DNA of 64,000 nucleotides from assembly GCF_009914755.1 (NCBI RefSeq), contig NC_060926.1. One strand, given 5' to 3'. This document shows positions 13,693-27,656 of this stretch, piece by piece. Source of the stretch: the human T2T-CHM13v2.0 reference genome, Homo sapiens. A program made the position numbers and the translations under genes. The notes under the pieces were generated by a model. The model ran no database searches. It had not been told where the DNA came from and saw only the letters and a program-made list of their open reading frames with translations. Position 1 is the stretch's first letter, and every line of letters begins with the position of its first letter.

Positions 13693-14079
13693 TTAATATC
13701 TACTTTATGAGTAGAAGAGAAGACTGGTCTATTTTCTAGTGAAGAAATGGTCACTGTGAGCAAAGCTTCTTTCATTCCACATTGCCTTTCTTAAGATTTG
13801 TATCATTACATGTTTGCAATGCACTGTAATGTCACAGTCATTGTTATGAATAATTACAAAGTGAGATGTGTATTTTATGAGACTGTTACAGAGAACGAAT
13901 CAGTGGGGGAAATTAAAAATAAAAGAGCCTAGATGTCTTCACAGCAGAAAGTCAGTTACCTATGCTCCTCTTCAGCTTTTATTATAAAATGTTTTTAGTG
14001 CTCAGAACCTCAGCTTTAATGATGTTTATTTCTTTCTCCATTTTTCACAATGTGACCAAAAACTGCACCATCATTAACA

Positions 14080-15230
14080 AATCATCGATTCCACATCCCC
14101 TTCTCTGACTCACTCTTTTCTATTTTTCCAGCACACTTAATCAAACTTCTCAATTATAACACTTACCATTGAGAAGCTTCATGCACTTGCCCCTCTCCCA
14201 TAATCCTCAGTGTGTTTTCAGCTTTCTTCTTTTCCTGCTTAAGTTCCAGAGACAATCATTAAAATCATTTTGTTATCAATGTCTTTAATTTCTATGTCCC
14301 TCTCTCCATCCCTTCTCGCATGTTGGTCAAGACCCTACTAATTTCCTTTGAGCTTACATCCTGCCAATTGAGGGTTGTTAGATAAAATCACATAGATTGG
14401 CATTATATATTCCTAACAGTATTAATTGAGTAGTCAACAATGTCCATCAATCTTACTCTATTTTCATATGGTGCTAAAATATTTATATCAATGACTTTTT
14501 AATGCATTTTCCACACTAATCAAACCTCTCACTCCCTTCATCTTTTCATCACACTTTTTAGCTGATGACCTCAATTACTATTTTGTAAAATCTTGAAGCC
14601 ATCAGATAAGAACTCAACTCATCTCATCACCAAACTGTAAACTTAACCTGAACAGTCACCAATACTCTCTTTATTCACTCTTGTTATAATGGATGTCAGA
14701 GTTTGGTTTCCCTTCTTCTATAATCCTAGCACTCTTATTGTATTTGGGATCCTATCTTACTCATTTTTTAGTCACATCCATTGACTATATCTTCCCTTTC
14801 TACACATTGTTGTACGTGAGTATTCAAACATTCTCTGGCATCTCCCATATTAAAGAAAAATAAATCTCTCCTTGAATCCCAAATTACTTTCCATATGCTA
14901 TAATATTTTCTTTTTCATTTCAAGTCAAATTTATTGGGAAGAATCTTTATATATGCTACTTTATCTCCTAAGCCCATGTTGAATCTGAACTGACTCTCCA
15001 TCTGGCTTCTACCTTTGCCATTATATCAAAACTGCTCCTACCAAAGACACCAAAAATATGTTCTGCCCACCCCAACCTTTCTTGAATAATTGGATAATTC
15101 CTATTCAAGTCTCATATTTTGTTTCCTCAATGATACCTTAATAATTAATTAAATTATGCTGTCATAGTACTCTGTATTTATTCTTCTTAGCATATATCTA
15201 CATAGATTATAATTCAATACTTGTTGTTGC
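14080..15230 (+). mobile_element. L2 (LINE-2) fragment
   Basis: Pyrimidine-rich, with L2 motifs gctgatgacctc...gaagccatcaga and tctggcttct...aaaactgctcctaccaaagacacca. Confidence 0.7.
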
Positions 15231-16773
15231 TCAAAGGCACATCACTCTATGGTGGTACAATTAAATAAAAATTCTGACCAAGAAGCATTACTGAGTACTG
15301 AGAGTAACACTATCAATACATAGCAAAACTTATCAAAAGAAATCTGCTTATTGCAACTCCTCCCCTAAAGATTCATTCAACAGTGTGATGGCTCTAATCC
15401 CTTTTTCACTTTTCTCTGCCTAAAACAATCTGAATTGTACCTCCACCTAATCAACTATCCTCTTCATTTCTTACTCAATTATCTCGCTACCTCTTTACTA
15501 TATATAGAAATCTAGTCTTTTTCAGCAGCATTAAAAAAATGTCTTCTAAGAAGGATAGAGACCTTGTATCCTTCTATAAATGGGAAAGGGTTATAAACTC
15601 TTCAGTAATGTTTAATTTATAACCTTACTACTTACTTAGTCCCTATCTTTCTTAGATCTCTTACCTATAATTGAGGGAGTGAATGAGTGAATAAATATTT
15701 GAAAAAGAAATTGGTAATGACATCGTGATTCACTGACAATATGCCAAGAAAGAAGAATGAAAACTGTTAGAATTAAATATTTGTGTTATTTTAAGGTTTT
15801 GAAACTCTGCCCTTTCTTTTAGAGGTCTAAGTCATTAGATCCCAATATCTTTATTTAATTTTTATATGGTAGAGATCTAGGAAGAACATAATTGAGACAT
15901 GTCATATAATTACTTCCTGATTTGATGTGCCATTTTAATTAATTTGGGGTTAAGTTCCCATACTATAGGATAAAATGGTGGGGTTCATGTTATCTCTTTA
16001 ATTTTCCCATTACTCTGGGGAGGAGAAGGGAGAGTACTTAAGCTTTTCATATTAAAGTTTCTAAGCTGATAAAAATTCAAGGTTAGCACAGATTTTGTGT
16101 GGTTCAAGTAAGACACACACTATCTGAGGAATATTTAGGCGATCAAATATATTTTTAGAACTGTCTCAGAGTTTTTTTTTTCTCTGACAAAATAATACAG
16201 TTTCTAGGAAACCACTGAAAGACTATTTTTTAAGTTAGCTTCATGATGAGAATATTTTAAAAACCATCAGTACGTATTTTTTACTGAAACATTTCTCTAT
16301 TCAAAACAAGCAGATGCACTCTGACTCAATATCAAACTCAAAATCATTACTGTTTATATCCAAGATTATCAAGTGGCTAAACTTATATCTGCCTGCTGTT
16401 TGTCAACACTTCCTCCTCAGCTGGCCAAGTGCACAGTGACTTTGTTTGACATCATTTGGCACACAAATTCTCCAAGTTTAATTCTTCAGGCCAGCACAGT
16501 TGCAAGTTTCTTTAGTCCTTCCCCTCCTCTGGATTATTCCAGAACACCTCCCCTTTTAAAAGGGGAACTGCTGCCCAATTATCTAGGGCACAGCTCTCTA
16601 TGCATAAATCTCTAGTAAGGTACACATGGATTTTTCTCTCCCCAAAATAACTTCTTGAGAATTTCATGCCCCAGGGAATAATGAAGAAAATGTGATTCAG
16701 TTCCATTTCCACTTAATGACATATATTAACTTTGTAATGAATTCATAAACTTAAGTAACTAATTATTCTAAAC

Positions 16774-16995
16774 CAGGAGTTAGCAAACTTTTTCCATAAA
16801 GAGCCAAATAGTAAACATTGTTGGCATTGTGAGCCATATGATCCCTTTCACAACTATTCAACTCTACCACTGTAGCTCAAGAACAGCCATAAACAATTCA
16901 TAAAAGGATGAGTGTGACTGTGTAACAATAAACTCCATTTACAAAACAAATGGTGTGCCAGGTTTGACCCATAGGCCATAGTTTCCTGACCCCTC
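16774..16995 (+). mobile_element. MER58A (hAT-Charlie)
   Basis: TIRs caggagttagcaaact / agtttcctgacccct; ~220 bp with the typical internal sequence. Confidence 0.9.
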
Positions 16996-17014
16996 TTCAA
17001 AACTAACTATTAAC

Positions 17015-17230
17015 ATGTAGGGAGCATACTGGCATAAATGAAAAAACACGGTTATTGAAGTCAAGCCAACATGTATTCATATCCCGGCTCCAGCAATTTA
17101 TATAATTTGGGATAAATGATAAGACCTATTTAAATCTTCTTTGTCATCTGTTAAAGGAAATTGTATCTCCCATCCCACACACGTTCTATGAATATTAGAT
17201 GAGAAAAAATGTTTATAAAAAGTTTTAACA
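17015..17230 (+). mobile_element. MIR fragment
   Basis: ttcatatcccggctcc...aatttgggataaatga...tcatctgttaaagg is the MIR core. Confidence 0.6.
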
Positions 17231-17773
17231 GAAATTTTTACAACAATGGACATAAAAATAACATTGCTATTTATGTGAATAATAACCATTATTTCAAATT
17301 CTATGAAACTTACCTCAGATTCAGTTTCATGCTTGACTGAGAATGGCTTGTCCTTATATACACTAGATACTTTAAAAACTGTGCTAGTAAGTGAAATGCA
17401 AGAAACACATGATTTTAGTTAACTATTTGAGCAGTAATTGTCAATCTGTAACTTGGGCATGACAAAAAAGTTTCATTTAAAAATCTATTATACTTTTTAT
17501 TCTTCAAATCTAGACTCACAGGTTATTATCATTTTAATCTTGAAACCCCATCTTAATTAGTAATATAGTTGACATCCAATATAATTTTGCTAGATTTCAA
17601 TAATATAATTAGTCATTGAGATAATCTTCATAGTGAACATATTTAAATTATTTACAAAATTAGTTTGGTTTACAATATTTGTAACAGTCTTCAAACGTGC
17701 ATTTGGTTATTCTGACTACATACTAATGTCACGGTTTTATCACAGTTTTATCATGTTAACTTTTTCAAATTTC

Positions 17774-19280
17774 CTACTTTAAATTTTATAGGGAACCAAA
17801 AATGAGCCCATATAGCCAAGACAATCCTAAGCAAAAAGAACAAAGCTGGAGGCATCACACTGCCTGACTTCAAACTATACTACAAGGCTACAGTAACCAA
17901 AACAGCACAGTACTAGTAACAAAGCAGATATATAGACCACTGGAAGAGAACGGAGGCCCCAGAAATAACACCACACATCTACAGCCATCTGATCTTTGAC
18001 AAACCTGACAAAAACAAGCAATGGGGAAAGGATTCTCTATTTAATAAATGGTGTAGGGAAAACTGTCTAGCCATATACCGAAAGCTGAAACTGGACGCCT
18101 TCCTTACACCTTATACAAAATTTAACTCAAGATGGATTAAAGATTTAAATGTAAAACTTAAAACCATAAAAACCCTAGAAGAAAACCTAGACAATACCAT
18201 TTAGGACATTGGCATGGGCAAAGACTTCATGACTAAAACATCAAAAGCAATTGCAACAAAAGCCAAAATTGACAAATGGGATCTAATTAAACTCAAGAGC
18301 TTCTGTACAGCAAAAGAAACTATCATCAGAGGGAACAGGCAACCTATAGAATGGGAGAAAATTTTTGCAATCTATTTATCTGACAAAGGGCTAATATCCA
18401 GAATCTACAAGGAACTTAAACAAATTTACAAGGAAAAAAAAACACCATCAAAAAGTGGGCAAAGAATATGAACAGACACTTTTCAAAAAAATACATTTAT
18501 GCGGCCAACAAACATGAAAAAAAGTTCATCATCATTGGTTTTTAGAGAAATGCAAATCAAAATCACAGTGAGATACCATCTCACGCCAGACAGAATGGCG
18601 ATCATTTAAAAGTCAGGAAACAACAGATGCTGGAGAGGATGTGGAGAAATAGGAATGCTTTTACACTGTTGGTGGGAGTGTAAATTAATTCAACCATTGT
18701 GGATCACAGTGTGGCAATTCCTCAAGGATCTACAACCAGAAATACCATTTGACCCAGCAATCCCATTACTGGGTATATATACAAAGGATTATAAATCATT
18801 CTACTATAAAGGCATATGCACACATATGTTTATTGCAGCACTATTCACAATAGCAAAGACTTGGAACCAACCCAAATGCCTATCAATGATAGACTGGATA
18901 AAGAAAATGTGGCACATATACACCATGGAATACTATGCGGCCATAAAAAAGAATGAGTTCATGTCCTTTGCAGGGACATGAATGAAGTTGGAAACCATAA
19001 TTCTCAACAAAGTAACACAGGAACAGAAAACCAAACACTGCATGTTCTCACTCATAACTGGGAGTTGAACAACGAGAACATATGGGCAGAAGGAGTGGAA
19101 CATCACACACTGGGGTCTGTTGGGGAGTGGGGGGTTAGGGGAGGGATTGCATTAGGAGAAATGTCTAATGCAGATGACAGGTTGATAGGTGCAGCAAACC
19201 ACCACGGCACTATGTAACAAACCTGCAAGTTCTACATATGTATCCCAGAACTTAACGTGTAATAAAAAAATTTAAAAATA
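17774..19280 (+). mobile_element. 5'-truncated L1PA7-like element (ORF2 3' part, 3'UTR)
   Basis: Frameshifted ORF2 peptides (MGKDFMTKT..., LLHCWWEC...), an L1PA7-type 3'UTR and an A-rich tail. No clear TSD. Confidence 0.95.
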
Positions 19281-19494
19281 AGAACAGTAATAGAAGCAAT
19301 CATTAATAAAATCTATTTAGCCTGTATCTTAACAGCTAAGCAAAATGAGAACATTAATAAAAGTTGCTTACATTATGTTTTACATAAACATATGTAACTT
19401 ACATTCGCTGAATTTTTTTCAGATAAACAACAACAACTCAAAGTAATTGTATGCATGCATAAAAGACAGACATCACAACAGGAAAATCTATACA

Positions 19495-20389
19495 CATTCA
19501 TGCATTGCTTAACAATGAGGATATATTCTGAGAAATGCATCATTAGGCAATTTTGTTATTGTGAGAACATCATAGAGTGTACTCACACAAACCTAGATGG
19601 GAGAGGCTACTACTGTATGTATAGCCTGTTGCTCCTAGGCTACAAACCTATACAGCATGTTACTATACCAAAACTGTAGGTAATTATAATAAAAAGGTAA
19701 GTATTTATGTTTCTAAACATAGAAAAGATACAGAAAAAATACAGTATAAAAGGTTTTAAAATGATACAACTGTATAGAGGGTTTACTATGAATGGAATTT
19801 GCAGGACTAGAAGTTGCTCTGGGTGGGTCTGTGAGTGAGTAAATGTGAAGGCCTAGGACATTACTGCACACTATCGTAGACTTTATAAACATTGTACACT
19901 TAGGCTACACTAAATTAATTTTTTAAATGTCTTCACAAAAATAAATTAACCTTAGCTTTCAGTAATTTTCTTTACTTTACAAACTTTTTAACTTTCTTAG
20001 CTTTTCTACTGTTTTTCATAACACTTAGAAGACAAACACATTGTACAGCTGTACAAAAAATCTTCTTTATATTTTTATTCTATAAGCTCTTTTCTATTTA
20101 AAAAATATTTTTAATTTTTAAACCTTATTTTAAACTAAGACACACACACACTAGCCTAGGCTTGCACAGAGTCAGGATCATCGATATCACTCTCTTCCAC
20201 CTCCACCTCTTGTTCCACTGGAAGGTCTTTAGGGGCAATAACACTCATGAAGTTGTCATCTCCTAGGATAATAATACTTTCTTCAGGATTACCTCCTGAA
20301 AGACCTGCCTGAGACTGTTTTACAGTTAACTTTTTAAAAATGTATTTACTATACTGTACTTTTTGTCATAATTTTAGAGTGTTCTCCTT
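19495..20389. mobile_element. Tigger3b (Golem/MER7) DNA transposon, truncated
   Basis: Terminal cattcatgcattgcttaacaatgaggatatattctgagaaatgcatcattagg; internal agtcaggatcatcgatatcactctcttccacctccac. The second TIR is missing. Confidence 0.88.
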
Positions 20390-20768
20390 ACAATACGAGG
20401 GCACATTTGTTTCCTGCCTGTGATAGTAAAGATAATGTCTTCCTCTGGAACAAAGATAGGACAGATTTTCTAGCAGTACCTTACATGATTTTGAGTTTCC
20501 TAAGCCCTGGATTCCACAGCTGTCCCACAAATCTATTGTGTGTCCACTTGAGTTCACTTCTGCATTGCCCCCTATGGGACTTGTCAGGAGAGGAAGCAAA
20601 GGAAGTGCAGTGAACATAAAGCTCTTTGCAGGCCACTGTTACATAAGTAATAAAGTTCTTTGTCTTTAACCCAGGAATGTCATGTCTTCTACTAGCATCT
20701 ATGAAACTGTAAAACGCTAATTCATTAGTTTGAAAGCAGGGTAAAATCTGAAAATCATTTTTTTGACA
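20390..20768 (+). mobile_element. ERVL LTR 3' part (MER77/MER68/MER76 group)
   Basis: gtaataaagttctttgtctttaacccagga...gcagggtaaaatctga...tgaca terminus. Confidence 0.65.
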
Positions 20769-20769
20769 T

Positions 20770-21500
20770 AGGCAGATTATAGTCTTTCTTTAATGCCTGG
20801 TAATTTTGTATTAAATCCTAAATTAAGTAATACATTGTTCAGTGCTATATTAAAGTATTTCCTTTAAATAATTTTTGTTTGTGAAGTTTTCCAGTTAAAT
20901 TTCTTGGAATGTGTTGTATTTGTACATCCATCAAGGTGATGCCCTTCAGAAGACTCTATAGAATACAGATTACAAACTCTTCTCTGGTTGATGGCAACTT
21001 TATGTCTAGCCCTGTGTGAGCTCTGGAAGTTGTGTAATCTACCTCTTACTATTAAATTTTTCACTTGAGTTCAGTGGTTTCCGCTGAAGTATGTGAATAT
21101 TAGTACTCAGGAAAAGACTAAAAAGGATTCCTCTACATATCTCCAGAATCTCTCTGGGCAGCTACCATCTTTCTAGTCCCTTACCCATGAATTCTAGTCG
21201 TTTTCACTCAGGGATACCACCTGAGTGTTCTGTTTCTTCAACTCAGAGAGACCACCAGCCTATGTTTAGGCTCCCCTCCTCACTCTGTGACCCACAAACT
21301 TCTTCCAGGCAATACAAAATGGGGAGAATAACAAGGCTCATTTCTTTTGTTTCTTTTCTGTCAGGGATTATGATCCCTGTGCTTCTGGTTGTCCAATGTT
21401 TAAAATCCATTGTTTTGTATATTTTGCTCAGTTTTTTAGTTATATACAGCAGAAGAGTAAATTGAGTCTCCATTACACTATCATTACCAACAGTGGAAGT
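20770..21500 (-). mobile_element. Ancient L1M/HAL1-type 5' end
   Basis: gttgtccaatgtttaaaatccattgttttgtatattttgctcagtttttt...ggaagt, typical of old L1M 5' ends in antisense. Confidence 0.55.
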
Positions 21501-21755
21501 ATACTTGCATTTTTAGAGTTTAAAAAACAATTTTGTTACTATAGAAATAGCTTTAGATATAGAAAATTGAATTATTTCCAAAAAATAAAGAATGGAAGAC
21601 AGGATAAGGAAAAAAACACAATTCTATGTGGGTTTTTTTCTAATTTTTAATTGCCATTAAAATGGTAGGTGCTTTGTGGATAAATAGACTCAGTGATCAC
21701 AACAGTGTAAATAATACAAGTAATCATAACAAAGTAACATTCTTCTATTATTATT

Positions 21756-23317
<1,562 letters not shown>

Positions 23318-24399
23318 TATTATTTTTAAAATTTTCTAAGCTCATAACCTCTTAACAGTAATTTTTAGTAACTTTTATCAGCAAACATTTTTAAGACATT
23401 TTGCTATGTGTGATATGGCATGTAAAGATGTGTAGGTCTGAGTTTTCTGATTCAAGAACTTCAAATCTAGTCATGGAAACAAGATAATTTCTGTCTGCTA
23501 TACATTAGCTGTATGAATCTATGCCAATTACTTAATTTATCCAAGTGCAAATAAATAAAAAGTAGAAATAGATGATATTTAAATGTTTTCTTACATCAGA
23601 AAAGTTAGGCTCAATAAAACAGTACTTTAAAGGTTTATCTGTGTGTTTACCTATATGTTAGATAAGAGGGTGTCAGAAAAAAAATGACTCCATGACTTAC
23701 CCTCAAGATGTTTAAAACTAACTGTAATTCAAAGGCTTTTATTTATTTTGTAAAAGAATGTTCCAATGACAAAACTGTGAAGTTGCTAAAATAGGCTCTA
23801 TTAATAATGAATGAAATAATATTTATTGATGTGAGTTGAGAATTTCATTATTATTGCTCCCCAAATAACCAGAAGACAGAACGAAAGGGATATCACTTTT
23901 TTTAATTATGCTTTAGTTGGTAGCTTAATTTGGCTGTAAAAAGAGGGAGGAGTTCATCTCCCTGAGCATATTCTCACTAAGTAACACACTGTGTAGCACT
24001 TTTAAATGCAATACCTTGAGATCAGTATTTTAAATGTAATACTTTGAGAAGAAACCATGTCAAATAGGCAAATTCCAGTCAAAACAGTGTTATGTTTATG
24101 CTTTAAGGCACCTACTTCTACACTATATAAACAAAGTAATAATAGGTAAAATATAAAAATATAAAACTAAAGTGCTATGATTGGACTCAAATATAAGACA
24201 AATTACTGTGGTCCAGAAATACAACTTTCCTGCCTAATGGGACTGAATCAGCACGTGTGCTGCACTGTGGATCCAGAGACAGGCAACATCTCAAGTTTGG
24301 CTCTGGTGAGGTAATGGACATCAGTATTGCTCCAAAAGAAACATTAACTGGAAACAGGCACATGGCCTGATGTCAAGAGGTGGGAAGACTCATGACAGA

Positions 24400-26215
24400 A
24401 CCAGCATAGTATTTAAGGAAGATGAATCCAAACTGTTTCCAATCTGCTGAATGTAACTATGACAGTTATAACAATATAGGCAAAAAGGCAGAAGGACAAA
24501 ACTAAACTGCATGATCAGAACAGCTAAGAACACACCTTGCTCCCAAGACCCAGACTAGGAGATCTGGCTCTAAAGAGTTGGAGCGAAAAAACCCACAAAA
24601 CTCACTAATTCAAAAAAAGAAAATACGAAAAATTCAATGCTAAGAAAGGCAGCAATTAAACATTAACATCAAAATAGGAGTGCAGTCCAGAAGATATTTA
24701 ACTTCATAGAACAATCTATCAAAGACTTATATTGGATACTGTCTTAGTCTGTTCTGTGATCCTATAAAGAAATACCTGAGGGTGGGTAATTTATAAAGGA
24801 AAAAAGATTTATTTGGTCCACAATGTGGTGTCTGGAAAGTTCAAGATTGGGCATCTGCCTCTGGTAAGGGCCTCAGGCTGCTTCCACTCATCAAGAGGGC
24901 ATGTGTAGATATCACATGGTGAGAGAAGAAGCACGAGCAGAGGGGAGAGGTGCCAGGCTCTTTTTAACAACCAACTCTCCGGGAACTAACAGAGCGAGAA
25001 CCCACTCACCACCATAGAAGGGCATTAATCTATTCATGAGAGATCTGCCTCATGACCAAACACCTCCCATTCAGCCCCATCTTCAACACTGGAGTTCAAA
25101 TTTCAACATGAGGTTTGGAGGAGACAAAAGAAACCATATCCAAACTATAGCAAAGGTTTATAATAAAACCTTATAAACTGTAAAAGTCACAAGAAACAGG
25201 AAATTATGAAATAAGATAGGAAGAAATGAAACAAAAAACATTGTTTCTAGGAAGAATTGTTCAAGTTGAAAAATATAATCACTGAAATAGCCCAATTTAA
25301 ACATAAAATATGGACAGGATAATAAAGAATGTGTAGCAAAAATAGAGCTGAATAAATCACTTAAAACACAGCATAGAGAGACACAGATATAAATGTCATA
25401 AAGTAATTAAGAAAGAAGTAGATCAAATAAGCGTTACCAAAAATAATGAAGAAATTATGAATGGTTGAGAAATTTGCACAAATGTGTATGTGATAAGATC
25501 AAAAATAAACTTCCTTTATCAATCAGAATAAATAAATACAAGTTTACAGCTAGTCACATTCTAGCTAAACTGCAGCTGGAACAAATGTTATAAACTACCA
25601 GAGAGAAAAGACAGATTATTCTAAAAAATATAAGAATAAGTATGATAGAAAGCTTTTCACCTGCTATTAGAACCCATAAATCTATAAAGTAATATCTCCA
25701 TATTTCTTCATAAAGGAAAAACCAGTCAGTGTAACATTTTATTCACAAATAACATATCATTTTAAAGCAAGAGCAAAATAATGATGCAAACTTTCATAAA
25801 AGAATGTTTAAACATGTGATTCTGCTGTAAGACAAGAGACCTCGGAAAATGTATTGAAGTTTTCATATCCAATAACTACAAAAACCCCCTTAAGGTATTT
25901 GCTTAATGTCACCTACTCAAATGAGACATAACCTGCCAAACACCAAATTAAGACTAGATTTTTTTTCTGAAGATGAAGAGGAAAGATACCAGAAAAGGTT
26001 TATATGATACTACAACTGTGTCTATAATGTTCTATTTCTTTAAAGCAAAGGAAAAAAACAAGAAAACAAACAAAAAACCCTTAAAAATCAAAATCAGAGG
26101 TCAATAATGAAAACATTACTAGACTCTGATAGAACTGAATGGTAAAAACATGGTGGTTGGTTATATTATTCTGTTTACTTTATTGTATACTTTTAAAAAT
26201 ATCTTAACCTAACAA
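24400..26215 (+). mobile_element. Ancient L1ME/HAL1-like remnants flanking the MST LTR
   Basis: A-rich ORF1-like sequence (agtcacattctagctaaactgcag...ccagagagaaaagacagatta) and an L1ME-like 3' end at ~26140-26215. Confidence 0.45.
24740..25152 (-). mobile_element. MSTB-type solo LTR (ERVL-MaLR)
   Basis: Termini tgtcttagtc ... ccaaactatagca; cctgagggtgggtaatttataaagg; tttcaacatgaggtttggag. Confidence 0.9.
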
Positions 26216-27493
26216 AAAATGACAGTAGAAAAAGAAGTATAAAAGTAAAAGTTGTTGTTATTCACACATTATTGAAATATTAGTGGTCAATAGATGATAT
26301 TTGTAGAGAAGGTGGTAAATGTTTTTATGCTCTAATTCCCCCATCAAACAGCACACATCTCACTCAACCCTCCACCAATCCCAACCCTAGCTCACTCTCC
26401 ATAATGTTAGAATGTGTTTATGACAGAAATGTGGGTTCTCAAACTTTGAGTTTGTATAGTGGTTTCCAAAGATTGACAGCATATTAAGGTTGCAGCCCAC
26501 AAGACATCAGAGAATGAAGAATGATAAAACGAGCAAGCAAGGAGCCTGAGCACCCCCATGCTCCCGTGTGGTTTCAGGTAGCAGTCCTTTAGTTTCCAGC
26601 ATGGGTCAGACTTGAGTATAGTCATAGAAAAATTGTAACTTAAATAGTGAGATTAGAATAGAGTTTGATTTGTGGGCACTGTGAAGAAAATAGCTAAAGG
26701 AGTAAGATAGGGTCATTGGATGGAGATCTCTGAATTCCAGCTTGAGGATTTTAGACTTGTATACTTTATTTTAGTAAATTAAGTTCATTGTATATAAGCA
26801 TAATATAATTAAACAGCAAAGCTGAGGTTATTACAATCATTATAAAATATATCAACTGTAGAAATATGTCATACGGTTGTGAAAAGAATGAGAAAATAAA
26901 GTAGTAGTTAACTGATGAAATGATAGATGTTTTTATATTGTATTAATCTTCTAACTGAAACTTTTTTATTGAAGGTAAAGGAGGAGAAATAAAAGGATAA
27001 AAATGAATTTATTTTTAAATCAACATGTACAATGAGATCTCTGTGTGTTTCCTAGTTATGCAGGGAATTAATTCGGGGGACGAAAGGTGAAAGGAAAAAG
27101 AAACAGATCAAAGTTTTCCTAGTTTTTCTGCCTTTAAGTTATCCTTCCAGTGAGTTACTTTAGAAGATTTGTTATTGTTATTTTGCCATCCACAAGTGTT
27201 AGCTTTATTCCAAATAAGGCAAGGGTTCTATTTCTAAATAAATAATATTATAGCAAAAGTTAAAAATTAAATATTAAGCAAAATAGTTTATCCATTTAAA
27301 CTAACTTGGAACATTATTAGAATATTTTTAAAATCCTAAGAACCAATGCAATCTAACAAATTTTTTAATTGCATGTCTTCTAAGATTATACTCAAGGAGT
27401 TACATAATGAATAGTACTATGAAATACATGCTTATTTAGATGTTACTCTGTGAAGGAAGAGAGCTAATCATCCTTGGTATTTGGCAGCTAGAC

Positions 27494-27656
27494 TAGGGCC
27501 ATTTAATAGGAATCTATGTGATGGAGAAAATGTTCACTCTAAACTGTCCAATATGGTAGCCATTAGTCACTTGTGCTATTATGCACATGAAATGTGGCTA
27601 GTATAAGTGAAAAAATATATTTTTAAATTTTATTTAAAATAATTAAAATTTAAATA
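27494..27656 (+). mobile_element. MER3 (hAT-Charlie) partial, cut by Tigger1
   Basis: ctgtccaatatggtagccattagtcacttgtgctatt...tgaaatgtggctagt. Confidence 0.8.

Noticed and set aside
23701-23721. Second 21-nt minus-strand microexon candidate (ttacag|...gagg|gtaagt)
   Set aside because: The upstream region is A-rich with no pyrimidine tract, there is a competing AG 4 nt inside, and the sequence looks like a decayed L2 end.
24000-24049. Short tandem duplications (also at 52352-52388 and 34672-34695)
   Set aside because: Ordinary slippage-type duplications with no further structure.
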